Source: Candidatus Spongiisociaceae bacterium (GTDB taxonomy: Bacteria; Actinomycetota; Acidimicrobiia; Spongiisociales; Spongiisociaceae). Taken from it: a DNA stretch of 64,000 nucleotides. Every line of letters begins with the position of its first letter. Position 1 is the stretch's first letter. Positions 9,805 through 18,944 of this stretch are shown one piece after another. The DNA is taken from NCBI GenBank assembly GCA_965262915.1, contig OZ253564.1:2560001-2624000 (forward strand), given 5' to 3'. The notes beneath the pieces were generated by a model. It saw nothing but the letters and a program-made list of their open reading frames with translations. It was not told the origin of the DNA and made no database searches. Made by a program: the position numbers and the translations under genes.

Positions 9805-11922
9805 TCACTGCGCCGGAGCGGACTGCGCCGGGACTACCAGCCGATCGACCACGCTCACGCCCCGTCCCGCCGAGTGTACGACTACGGGGTTGAATTCGAC
9901 CTGGGAAAGCACCCGAGACCGGGCCCGCACGAGATCGCTCACGGACTCGATCAGGTCGCAGAGAGCATCGACATCGCCCGGCTCCTGTCCGCGGGCTCCG
10001 GTCAGCATCGGGTACGCCTTCAACTCGGCAAGCATGGTCCTCGCCTCCCGGTGGGTGACCGGTACGCGCCGGAAGACCACATCCCGCAACACTTCGACAT
10101 ACACGCCCCCGAGACCGCAACTGACGACCCACCCCCAATCGGAATCGCATACGGCCCCCACGATCATCTCCACGCCCTGTGGCGCGAGCGCTTGCACGGT
10201 GACTCCGCTGAGGAGCGCCTCCCGAGCTGCTGCTGCAACGTCGGAGAGGAGACGTTCGAACTCGGCTTCGATGGCCTCGGGCCCGACTCCGACGATCACG
10301 CCCCCCACGTCGCTCTTATGCGCGATATCGGGGGAAGCTACCTTCATCACCACCGGATAGCCGATCTTCTCTGCTGCGGCGCGGGCCTCGGCCGCAGTCT
10401 CGGCAACCAACTCCGGCACGATCGGGATGCCGAACTCGCGCAGTGCCGCGTCGTCGAGAGGGCCGTCCGATGGAACCGAACGAGCCCTCCTCTCCCGTGG
10501 GGACGCCTTCCCGGCGCCGATCCAGGCCGATATGGCGGCCACGCCGGAAGCCCCACCGGCAAGATACGGGATTCCCGCTGCCCGCAGTGGCGCGGTGAGC
10601 GTCTTGGCAGGCGGCTCCGCCGTCGCGCCTACTACCACAACCGGCTTGTCCGCATGGCGGGAGAGGTCTGTGGCAATCCGGACGACCGCCTTGGGCACGC
10701 CAGTGCCATGCGGGCTGGTGTCGGGAGGAAGGTCCTGGCCGACGACCAGCATGTCTGTCGCAGGATCCTGCAAGGCCGACCCGATCGCACTGTGCAACGT
10801 GTTCTCGAAGTCGCCCGAACCCCATGCATCGAGCGGATTGGGAGGCGGGTCGACAGGGGTCAACGGCTCGAGCGCCTCAGCCGTTTCGGGCGCCCAATCG
10901 GGCAGCACCAGGTCGTTCCGATCGGCGAGGTCGGCAAGCAGGGCCGCATATCCACCGGAGAGGGTCACGCAAGCGACCCGGTTCCCGGCGGGTGGCCGAC
11001 GATGGTCGAGAAGGAGGCAGGCCATGAGCAGTTCCCCCAGATCCGACACCTGCCCGATTCCGAACTGGCGGCTTACGGCTGATGTCACGGCGGCTGCCCC
11101 GGCCAGTGCGCCGGTGTGGGACAACGCCAGCGAGCGGCCCTTGGGGGATGTTCCCAGCTTCAGCAGAACGACCGCCTTTCCCGCGGCTTTCGCGGTCCGG
11201 ACACCGGCGAGAAGGCGATCAGGGTTCCGGACGGATTCGAGCACGAGCGCGATGATCCTCGTGCCGGGGTCCGTGGCCAGATAGCCCACGTAGTCGGCCG
11301 CGTCCAGCACGGCCTCGTTTCCACTCGAGATCACGTAGCGGAAACCCACTCCGAGGCTGGTGTTGAGCAACGTCATCGCCACGGAGCCGCTCTGGAGCAC
11401 GACCGAGACGTGCCCCCCTTCTACGCGACGCTCCAGAGGCGCGATGTAGAGCGAGGCGCCGTTGGCGGTGTTGACGATTCCGATGCAGTTCGGCCCGCAC
11501 ACCGCCATGTTGTAGCGCTCGGCCACGGAGCGAACCTCTGCCTGGAGCGCCTTTCCCTCGCCCCGTACCTCCCCGAAACCGTCCGCAGTGACGACCACCG
11601 ACCCGACGCCGGCCCTGCCGCAATCCTCGAGGAGCGGCACGACCCGCCCTGCGGCCGTAGCGACGAGCGCGGCGTCGACCGGCCTCGGCACGTCCCCGAT
11701 CGACGGGTAACAAGGCAGGCCGAGCACCCGGTCGTACTTCGGGTTGACCGGGTAGACGCCGCCCCGGAAGCCCGACAGCCGCAGGTTCTCGACGATCGCC
11801 TTGCCGACCCGCGACGACTCGGACGCACCGATCAGAGCGACGGACTCGGGCTGCAGGAGACGGTCGAGCGAGCGCTTGGCGACCCGGTCCCCAGGGAACG
11901 CACCTGCCTGATCCTGCCTCAT
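9805..11922 (-). CDS. ADP-forming acyl-CoA synthetase (acetate-CoA ligase family; feruloyl-CoA synthetase candidate)
   Basis: SVALIGAS, GPNCIG, SHTGALAG phospho-His motif, NPLD, ATP-grasp GYPVVMK..HKSDVGGV; start at ATG 11922 with GGAGG. Confidence 0.85.
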   Translation of the reverse strand: MRQDQAGAFPGDRVAKRSLDRLLQPESVALIGASESSRVGKAIVENLRLSGFRGGVYPVNPKYDRVLGLPCYPSIGDVPRPVDAALVATAAGRVVPLLEDCGRAGVGSVVVTADGFGEVRGEGKALQAEVRSVAERYNMAVCGPNCIGIVNTANGASLYIAPLERRVEGGHVSVVLQSGSVAMTLLNTSLGVGFRYVISSGNEAVLDAADYVGYLATDPGTRIIALVLESVRNPDRLLAGVRTAKAAGKAVVLLKLGTSPKGRSLALSHTGALAGAAAVTSAVSRQFGIGQVSDLGELLMACLLLDHRRPPAGNRVACVTLSGGYAALLADLADRNDLVLPDWAPETAEALEPLTPVDPPPNPLDAWGSGDFENTLHSAIGSALQDPATDMLVVGQDLPPDTSPHGTGVPKAVVRIATDLSRHADKPVVVVGATAEPPAKTLTAPLRAAGIPYLAGGASGVAAISAWIGAGKASPRERRARSVPSDGPLDDAALREFGIPIVPELVAETAAEARAAAEKIGYPVVMKVASPDIAHKSDVGGVIVGVGPEAIEAEFERLLSDVAAAAREALLSGVTVQALAPQGVEMIVGAVCDSDWGWVVSCGLGGVYVEVLRDVVFRRVPVTHREARTMLAELKAYPMLTGARGQEPGDVDALCDLIESVSDLVRARSRVLSQVEFNPVVVHSAGRGVSVVDRLVVPAQSAPAQ

Positions 11923-11936
11923 GGCCTCCGTCCCTT

Positions 11937-12043
11937 CCGGAAGGGTGCTGTAGGACGGTGGGGAGCAACGGCCCGTCCTCCTCTGAACAGGCATTATGTC
12001 ATCGGTCGACGGGCCGTGAACGGGTTTTGGACCACTCTCCCGG
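11937..12043 (+). mobile_element. 107-bp MITE-like repeat, family B, copy 1
   Basis: Near-identical to 17055-17161 and 17547-17653; degenerate TIRs; internal ACGGCCCGTC/GACGGGCCGT stem. Confidence 0.8.
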
Positions 12044-12146
12044 GAGAATGCTGAACAATGACGATTGCTGTTGGCCCGCTGCTCGATGACCAGGCATTTC
12101 GTCGTTGAGCAACGGGCCGCGGATGGATTGCTCAGCACTCTCCCAG
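12040..12146 (+). mobile_element. 107-bp diverged family-B variant (B*)
   Basis: TIR CCGGGAGAATGCTGA / TCAGCACTCTCCCAG; keeps GGCCCG, AGGCATT, GTC, ACGGGCCG at the same spacing as family B. Confidence 0.65.
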
Positions 12147-12244
12147 TGTCCTGATTCAGGAATCAGTTGTAGATATCCGGTGAGGTTGTCGAGGATCTCG
12201 TCGGCGGTTTGCCGGATGAAGGGTTCGGGGTCTTGGTTCCGGTG
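12143..12244 (-). pseudogene. IS630 remnant (terminal IR plus last codons of transposase)
   Basis: AGTGTCCTGATTCAGGAATCAGTTGTAGATA...GATGAAGGGTTCGGGGTCTTGGTTCC aligns with 17652-17752. Confidence 0.8.
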
Positions 12245-12290
12245 TACGACCGTACGTTTGTTGCATGGCGTGGGAGTGCGAGGGCATCCG

Positions 12291-14507
12291 TCACGAAACG
12301 AACCGGTTCAACACGTTTCCTGTGATGCGTGACACGTTGTTCCGGTAGCCGTTGTAGGGCAGGTTGAGGATCCAGTTGATCGACCCGACGGAGAAGACGG
12401 CCCCCTCATCGGGTGTTTCGAAGTAGACCATATCGGCGCGGACCCTGGGCTGATCGGTCGGTCCGGCTCCCGGTGTGCGAGCCGCGTGGTCCTCGACCAT
12501 GGGCTGGTAGTGCTCGCTGTGACCTCCCGCAGAGGTGGCCAGGAGCAGAGCGTGCCGGGGGCTCCCCAGACCGAGGTCGAGGCGATCGATCTCGTCGCCT
12601 GCCGCACCGGCCGTCGCCGCGCTGAAGCTATCCTCGAAGTCACCGATCACCTCGTCGTCGCCGATGCCCTCGAACACGAAAGCCGCCCTCTTGTCGAAGC
12701 TGTCCTGCTGCCGGACGTATCCCGCCGCCGGGCCCCACCCCATGGCAGCAGGTCCGACCCCGACGATCGCTTGCGGCGGCCGTCCGCGGTGGCGCCACAG
12801 GCCGCCGGGCTCACCGGTCATGCTGTGGTGGGCTTCGCCGGGCATCGCCTCCCAGAGGCTCGAGGCGGCCCAGTCGCGTCTGATCTCGATGATGTGGGGC
12901 AGATCCTCACCCAGGCTCGTTACCCAGTAGAAGCCGTTCCCTCCGAGGTACATGAGCCTTCCACCTTGAGCGAGATAGCGGCTCAGACCGTCCAGCATCG
13001 GGGCCGTCCAGTACTCAGGATGGCTTCCGGTCAACACGACTCGGTAGTGAGACAGCAACCGAGTGCCCTCTGAGTGGAGGCTCTCGTCGGTGATGATGTC
13101 GTAGCGGTAGTTCTCGTGTTCCAGCCATCGAACCAGCTCGAGATCGGCCGAGAGGTGGCGGGGCGCAGCGGATCCCCACCAGCAATACTCCGGATGGAGG
13201 TTGGGAACGGGCCGGAGTCGGGAGGTGTAGCAGACGCCGCTGCCGTCCGAATGGGTGGCGTAGAGGCTCAACCCCAACTCGGGGTGGTCCGCGAGGTACT
13301 CGTCCCGGGAGTCCAGATCGACCTCGTCGAGCAAGGTCATGGTTCGCACCACCTCCGCTTCGTGGCCGGGCGCGTAGCGGTGATTGGCGTACGCCAGGTA
13401 AGTGAGCGTCGGGACCAGGAACGCAATGTCCGCTCGCTCGGCGTTGCGTCCCGGCTCGACGAAGAGCGGCAGGTGCCAATCTGTGCTCCCCGCAGTCAGA
13501 GCAACCGAGTAGACACCGGACCGGAAGTCGTCGGGAACATGGAACTCGAAGTCGGTTTCCCAGCCGGCATCTTCGAGGTCGTCGTCGTGGAAGTGGATCG
13601 CACCCCACTGCTCCGGGACCTTGCTGAAGTCCAGATGCGTTCCATCCCAGTTGTGACCGGTCATGGCCCGCGCAGGCATGTTCACGAGGTCCCCATGTAA
13701 ACCGTGACCCGAGACGTCCCGGATCTTTTGGGTGGGAATGCCCTCGGCGAAGTTCCAGCCAGCAACGAGACCGGGTATATCCCCGGCAGGCATCCCTGTT
13801 CCGAGCAGCACTATCTCGTCGTCACCGAGTGCCCGGCCGAACAACCGGGGACTGTCGATCTTCCCGTTGTAGAGATATCCGGCACCCCGCTTCGGGACAT
13901 CGCCCCGGGGGTCGCCACCTGCTGCGATGAGTAAAGGCCCGGCGTGATCAGCCGGTCTGACCGGAGGAATCGAATCGTTGGTGATCGACGCCGGATCCGA
14001 TATGCGGTTGTCGAGCGGTGTCTGATGGAGCGTTACCCGCCCATCATCGGCGTCGTAGCATGCTGCGACGAAACACCAGACCCTGGCATCGAGCGGCCGT
14101 CGAGTCGCTACCGACAACGTCTCCCCGTCTGCGCCGGCCAGCCAGAGCGAAACGCCCCGGTCACCATCCACAAACAGCCCGAAACCCCGTCGCTCGGATC
14201 CCGACCACCTCGTCAACAGCCCCTGCGGCTCGTTGCGCCCCGGCGTGGTCGGCCAGATCCACATCTGGATCGTGAAGCTGCGCAACTCTCGAAGCAGCGG
14301 GGAGTCGGGCACGGTGGCGTACGAACCGGGATGGATGCTCTGCCCGCGGCCGCTGTGAGAGCCGCTGACCGCCGTCGGCAGCATCTCATCCTCTCCACCG
14401 TGCCGGATGATGTCGACCTCGTAAGCGTCCGAGTCGGTGCTCACCGCCAAGCGGACGGCATCGCCCGGCTCCACACTCCAGCGGTTTGCGTACGCGCTCA
14501 GGTCCAT
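12291..14507 (-). CDS. N,N-dimethylformamidase beta (large) subunit family protein with LamG-like domain
   Basis: AIHFHDDDLEDAGW, TYLAYAN, GSHPEYWT, MYLGGNGFYW, VFSVGSI, NNVSRITGNVL. Confidence 0.85.
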   Translation of the reverse strand: MDLSAYANRWSVEPGDAVRLAVSTDSDAYEVDIIRHGGEDEMLPTAVSGSHSGRGQSIHPGSYATVPDSPLLRELRSFTIQMWIWPTTPGRNEPQGLLTRWSGSERRGFGLFVDGDRGVSLWLAGADGETLSVATRRPLDARVWCFVAACYDADDGRVTLHQTPLDNRISDPASITNDSIPPVRPADHAGPLLIAAGGDPRGDVPKRGAGYLYNGKIDSPRLFGRALGDDEIVLLGTGMPAGDIPGLVAGWNFAEGIPTQKIRDVSGHGLHGDLVNMPARAMTGHNWDGTHLDFSKVPEQWGAIHFHDDDLEDAGWETDFEFHVPDDFRSGVYSVALTAGSTDWHLPLFVEPGRNAERADIAFLVPTLTYLAYANHRYAPGHEAEVVRTMTLLDEVDLDSRDEYLADHPELGLSLYATHSDGSGVCYTSRLRPVPNLHPEYCWWGSAAPRHLSADLELVRWLEHENYRYDIITDESLHSEGTRLLSHYRVVLTGSHPEYWTAPMLDGLSRYLAQGGRLMYLGGNGFYWVTSLGEDLPHIIEIRRDWAASSLWEAMPGEAHHSMTGEPGGLWRHRGRPPQAIVGVGPAAMGWGPAAGYVRQQDSFDKRAAFVFEGIGDDEVIGDFEDSFSAATAGAAGDEIDRLDLGLGSPRHALLLATSAGGHSEHYQPMVEDHAARTPGAGPTDQPRVRADMVYFETPDEGAVFSVGSINWILNLPYNGYRNNVSRITGNVLNRFVS

Positions 14508-14518
14508 GGTTCAGAAGT

Positions 14519-14589
14519 TAGTGGTCTGTCCATGAAATGGTGTCGCAGGCAGGGGGGTAACCGCAAGTTTTTTCGAGGGAGACCACTGG
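14519..14589. repeat. Short family-C TIR element (TAGTGGTCTGTC...GAGACCACTG)
   Basis: Ends match those of 23273-23440. Confidence 0.55.
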
Positions 14590-14758
14590 CTCGCAGACTG
14601 ATGGCGAGCCAGGTTGGGATCGCTCAGGACCGGAGTAACTGCCATCATCCGGCTGGGCCGCACTCGGGCCCGTGACACAGAGACTGTGAGCCCGGTACTT
14701 GGTCGCCGACCCCTTCATATACTGAAGTTAGCTCCGCCGATCACACGAGGTACTGCGG

Positions 14759-16666
14759 ATGGTCTCATCACCCGGGTACGGCACCATTCTGGCCAGAGAC
14801 ATGGGCATGCCGGCCCGCGATGGCGTGCACCTGGCGACCGACGTGTGGCGCCCGGCGCGTGACGGCGAACCCTTGTCGGGGCCGTTTCCGGCGGTGATGA
14901 CCCGCACCCCCTACGACCGCACCGAACCGCGGTACGGTCCCGAAGCAGAGTTCTGGACTAGCCGGGGTTTCCTGTTCGTCGTGCAGGACTGCAGGGGGCG
15001 GTTCGCGTCGGAGGGGGAGTTCGTGCTGTTCGCGAACGAAGGACCCGACGGTTACGACGCCGTGGAGTGGGTCGCCGGGCTGCCGTTCTGCGACGGCAAC
15101 GTCGGAACCTACGGCACTTCTTACCCTGGCTGGGTGCAGAGCGCGTTGGCTATCGAGCGGCCTCCCCACCTCAAGGCGATGTGGATCAACCAGGGCGGCT
15201 CGAACGGCAATCGCACCGCACTGCGCCACAACGGCGCACTCGAGCTCCGCTGGTTGGCGTGGGCCGTGACCCACGGGGCGACGACGGTGGCGCAGACCGA
15301 CCCGGAGCTTGCCGAGGAACTGTGGCTGCATGGCGTTTCCATGTACGAGTGGCTGCGGCGCCTGCCGTGGCGGGAGGAATCTCCACTGTCGGGACTCCCC
15401 GGTTACGACCTCTGGGCGCGCGAGATCTACGAGCGCGGCGACGAGGTGAGCGAGGACGGATTCTGGCAGCAGCCCGGCTTGAACTTCGAGGCGCATTTCG
15501 ACCGCACCGCCGATGTGCCGACCGTCTACAGCGGCGGCTGGTACGACTCCTATACCCGAGCGACGACCGACAACTTCGTCAGCCTCGAGGGCGAGCTCCA
15601 CCACCAACGGCTTCTCATGGGACCCTGGACACACGGGGACGTGACGCTCGAACAGTCCTCCGCCGGAGAGGTGGAGTTGGGCCCGGCCGCGGCCATGAGC
15701 TCGAACGACGAGATGTTCCCCGGAGGAAGTTGGCTGGGTGAGTTGTTGCGCTGGTTCGACTACTGGCTGCGCGGAACCGACGATGGTGTGGCCGACGGTG
15801 CGGCGGTGCGCATCTTCGTCATGGGAGGTGGCAGCGGGCGCCGCACCGGGGCCGGCCTCATCGACCACGGCGGACGGTGGCGTGACGAGCCGACCTGGCC
15901 ACTCCAGCGGGCGGCGGTGACCCCGTTCTATCTCCAGCCGGGCGGCGGGCTCGATCGGGCTCTGCCACCCGAGGATGGGGGGAGCTCGTCCTTCTTCTAC
16001 GACCCCCGGTACCCGTTGCCGACGGTCTCGGCGAACAGTTCCTCGCTCACCGAGTTCGTGCCGGTGCCGGAGCGCGTGGATCCTCTCAAGGCGATTTCTT
16101 TGAACCGACCGATGGTGATCCAGGGTGGGGCCGATCAACGCGTCCGGGCCGACACGCTTCGCACCGACGACTTCGTCGGCCCCCTCGAACTCCGCGACGA
16201 TGTGATCATGTTCGAGACCGAACCGCTCGACGTCGACATCGAAGTCACCGGCCCCATCGAAGCCACGATCTACCTCTCCTCGGACGTGCCCGACACCGAC
16301 CTGTTCGTGATGGTTCAGGACCTCTACCCGGCGAGCGGCGACTGGCCCGACGGCTTCCGGCTCAACGTAGCCGACGGGTTGATGCGGGTGCGCTACCGCG
16401 AGGGTTTCGACAGCGGTACGTTGCTCGATCCCGGGCAGGTCGCCAAGGTCGAGTTCCAGCTCTACCCGACGAGCAACCGTTTCGTGGCCGGCCATCGCAT
16501 ACGGGTACTGGTCTCTTCATCGTCGTTTCCTCGCTTCGACATCAACCCCAACACCGGCGAACCGCTCGGCCGCCACACTCGGACTCAGCTCGCGACGAAC
16601 ACGGTCCACCATTCCGAGGCGCACCGATCGAGCATCAACCTGCCATTGATTCCGGTTGTCGGCTAG
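14759..16666 (+). CDS. CocE/NonD family hydrolase
   Basis: RDGVHLATDVW, RTPY, QDCRGRFASEG, GTSY nucleophile, GGWYD, GPWTH, SSSFPRFDINPNTG. Confidence 0.92.
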   Translation: MVSSPGYGTILARDMGMPARDGVHLATDVWRPARDGEPLSGPFPAVMTRTPYDRTEPRYGPEAEFWTSRGFLFVVQDCRGRFASEGEFVLFANEGPDGYDAVEWVAGLPFCDGNVGTYGTSYPGWVQSALAIERPPHLKAMWINQGGSNGNRTALRHNGALELRWLAWAVTHGATTVAQTDPELAEELWLHGVSMYEWLRRLPWREESPLSGLPGYDLWAREIYERGDEVSEDGFWQQPGLNFEAHFDRTADVPTVYSGGWYDSYTRATTDNFVSLEGELHHQRLLMGPWTHGDVTLEQSSAGEVELGPAAAMSSNDEMFPGGSWLGELLRWFDYWLRGTDDGVADGAAVRIFVMGGGSGRRTGAGLIDHGGRWRDEPTWPLQRAAVTPFYLQPGGGLDRALPPEDGGSSSFFYDPRYPLPTVSANSSSLTEFVPVPERVDPLKAISLNRPMVIQGGADQRVRADTLRTDDFVGPLELRDDVIMFETEPLDVDIEVTGPIEATIYLSSDVPDTDLFVMVQDLYPASGDWPDGFRLNVADGLMRVRYREGFDSGTLLDPGQVAKVEFQLYPTSNRFVAGHRIRVLVSSSSFPRFDINPNTGEPLGRHTRTQLATNTVHHSEAHRSSINLPLIPVVG

Positions 16667-17058
16667 GAGGGTGCTCATTCCGGGATTAGTTGTAGATACT
16701 CGGAACGTGCCGACCATCCGGCCGGTCAGACCCGGGGGGACCGAGAACGCGAAAAACGCCGCACCGGACCCCTCCGACGGGCCCACCCCCGACCGCCACC
16801 TCCTCGGTTCCCGAACGTGTCCCGCCATCCCCTACGAGGGGGTCGGCTCCGACAACATGATCCCTGCCCCGGTCCGGTCGGTACCGCAAACGGACCGGTG
16901 GTGTTTCCGGCTACTTACCAGTATGCAACAGCGCTGTGACACGTTCAACCCTCTTGTGGCGGCGAGCTCGGTCCCGGGGGTGCAGTAAGCGGGCGGGCGT
17001 GCCGGTCGTGGGAGGACGCCGGTCTCCCAACGCAGCGAACCAAAGACTCGGGAACTAG
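16663..17058. mobile_element. ~390-bp IS630-ended MITE, family A, copy 1 (degenerate ends)
   Basis: Bounded by CTAG; shares CGAGAACGCGAAAAACGCC, GGGCCCACCCCCG, ATGATCCCTG, ACCGGTGGTGT, TATGCAAC, TGTGACA with copy 2. Confidence 0.7.
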
Positions 17059-17161
17059 GAGGGTGGTCTAAAACGGCGGGGAGCAACGGCCCGTCTTCCT
17101 CTGGACGGGCATTATGTCATCGGTCGACGGGCCGTGAAGGGGTCTTGCACCGGCCTCCTAG
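17055..17161 (+). mobile_element. 107-bp MITE, family B, copy 2
   Basis: CTAGGAGGGTGGT...CACCGGCCTCCTAG TIRs and internal stem. Confidence 0.85.
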
Positions 17162-17550
17162 TGTCCTGAATCAGAAAATCGTTACAGATACCCGAAAGCG
17201 GGCTGAGCAACCCACCCACCCGATTCCCAATAACGAGAACGCGAAAAACGCCCGAACGGACCACTTCCGCGGGCCCACCCCCGCCGCCACCTCCATCGGT
17301 CCCCGAGCGCGCTCCCCCATCCCCCGGGAGGGTCGGCGCGAAGCATTATGATCCCTGGCCCGGTCCGCTTGACGTCGGAAGCGAACCGGTGGTGTATACG
17401 GCTATCGAACATTATGCAACGTGGGTGTGACAGGATCAGCCCTTGCGTGGCAGCCGGTTACCTGGAGAGGGAGGACCGGGGTCCGGTCGGGGCCGCGGCA
17501 GTCCGATGAAGCTGTATTCACCACAACGAACTTGAGATTCGGGACACTAG
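17158..17550. mobile_element. ~390-bp IS630-ended MITE, family A, copy 2
   Basis: TIRs CTAGTGTCCTGAATC / GATTCGGGACACTAG match the adjacent IS630 ends; no credible ORF. Confidence 0.8.
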
Positions 17551-17653
17551 GAGGGTGGTCTAAAACGGTGGGGAGCAACGGCCCGTCTTCCTCTGAACAG
17601 GCATTATGTCATCGGTCAACGGGCCGTTATGGGGTTTTACACCACCCTCCTAG
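17547..17653 (+). mobile_element. 107-bp MITE, family B, copy 3
   Basis: TIRs CTAGGAGGGTGGTCTAAAAC / GTTTTACACCACCCTCCTAG. Confidence 0.88.
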
Positions 17654-18744
17654 TGTCCTGATTCGGGGATTCGTTGTAGATAGTTGGTGAGGTTGTCGAA
17701 GATTTGGTCGGCGGTTTTGTGCCAGATGAAGGGTTTGGGGTTTTGGTTCCAGTGTTGGGTCCATTGGTTGATGGCGTCGGTGAGTTCGGCTACGGATCGG
17801 TGGGTGCCTCGGCGTATCTGTTTGGTGGTGAGTTCGGAGAACCATCGCTCGACGAGGTTCATCCACGACGCGTAGGTGGGTGTGAAATGGAACGTGAACC
17901 GTGGATGGCGTTGCAGCCAGCGCCCTATGGGTTCGGTTTTGTGGGGCGACGCGTTGTCCAACACGACATGGACGTCGAGTTCTGGTGGGACTTCGCGGTT
18001 GATGAGGTTTAGGAACGTCTGGAATTTGTGGGTGCGGTTGCGTCGTGTCATGGAGGTGATGACCCGGCCGGTGGCCGTGTCGAGCGCGGCCCCGAGGTTG
18101 GTGGTGCCGTACCGGCGGTAGTCGTGGGTGCGCCGCTGGGGGGTTCCGGGCAACAGGGGCAGGATCGGCGCGGTGCGGTCGAGGGCCTGTATCTGGGATT
18201 TGTGGTCCACACACAGCACCACCGCCGCGTCGGGCGGGTTCAGGTACAAACCCGCCAGGTCGCGGACCTTTTCCACGAACTGGGGGTCGGGAGATATCTT
18301 GAAATGCTCGGTCCGGTGCGGCTTGAGACCGAACGCCCGCCATATTCTTAGGATCGACGACTGGGACAGGCCGACGGCCCTCGCCATGGACCGGGTCGAC
18401 CAGTGCGTCGCGTCTCTCGGTGTTTCCTCCAGCGTCTTGACCACCACTTCTTCTACCTTGGCGTCGTCGATGCGGCGGGGCGGCCCGGGGCGGGGATTGT
18501 CGTAGAGGCCGTCGAGACGGCGCCGGGCGAAACGGTTCCGCCACTTCGAGACCGTAACCCCGCTGCAGCCCACCTCCGCTGCGATGTCCACATTGGTGCG
18601 GCCTTCGGCCGCTCCCAGCACGATACGAGACCGCATCGCTAACCCTTGTGCGGTGCTACGCCGCCGTATCCACCGCTCGAGCGTCTGGCGTTCCTCTTCA
18701 TCCAGCTCGATAACCACTGCTTTACGACTCCGCTGCTTCTCCAT
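17650..18744 (-). CDS. IS630-family DDE transposase
   Basis: HTH (VSKWRNRF, RPGPP, THWSTR), VDHKSQIQALDR (usually VDEK), VLDN, TPTYASWMNLVERWF; the stop codon uses the terminal TA. Confidence 0.95.
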   Translation of the reverse strand: MEKQRSRKAVVIELDEEERQTLERWIRRRSTAQGLAMRSRIVLGAAEGRTNVDIAAEVGCSGVTVSKWRNRFARRRLDGLYDNPRPGPPRRIDDAKVEEVVVKTLEETPRDATHWSTRSMARAVGLSQSSILRIWRAFGLKPHRTEHFKISPDPQFVEKVRDLAGLYLNPPDAAVVLCVDHKSQIQALDRTAPILPLLPGTPQRRTHDYRRYGTTNLGAALDTATGRVITSMTRRNRTHKFQTFLNLINREVPPELDVHVVLDNASPHKTEPIGRWLQRHPRFTFHFTPTYASWMNLVERWFSELTTKQIRRGTHRSVAELTDAINQWTQHWNQNPKPFIWHKTADQIFDNLTNYLQRIPESGH

Positions 18745-18824
18745 ACGCTGCTCCCACTACTGACTGACACTGACCTGCATATTCTAGCAGCATATGGCAA
18801 AGAAACTAAGGAATCAGGACACTA
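17651..18824 (-). mobile_element. IS630-family insertion sequence
   Basis: TIRs TAGTGTCCTGATTC / GAATCAGGACACTA, TA duplication within CTAG, single transposase ORF. Confidence 0.95.
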
Positions 18825-18886
18825 GGACACTGCTGAGCAATCCACCAGCGAGCGACAGCGATAGTCATCGTGCAGCCTTCTCCCAG
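18822..18886 (-). mobile_element. Internally deleted B* element
   Basis: Both ends match the reverse complement of 12040-12146 (TGCTGAGCAATCCA; ACAGCGATAGTCATCGTGCAGCCTTCTCCC); central hairpin missing. Confidence 0.6.
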
Positions 18887-18944
18887 GGGGACTCCAAGCC
18901 CTCGTGAAGTTCCGCGATGATCGTGCTGTGATGAGTCCCACTTC

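Noticed and set aside
8902-11082. Long antisense ORFs (also 14768-16495, 24290-25987, 53483-55474 and others)
   Set aside because: High-GC shadow frames opposite well-supported genes.
17405-17420. LexA box in MITE A
   Set aside because: Only a TCGAAC half-site, not conserved in the other copy.
16663-17653. CRISPR array interpretation of the alternating A/B units
   Set aside because: Units are 103 and ~390 bp, the would-be spacers are homologous to each other and have TIRs, and there are no cas genes.
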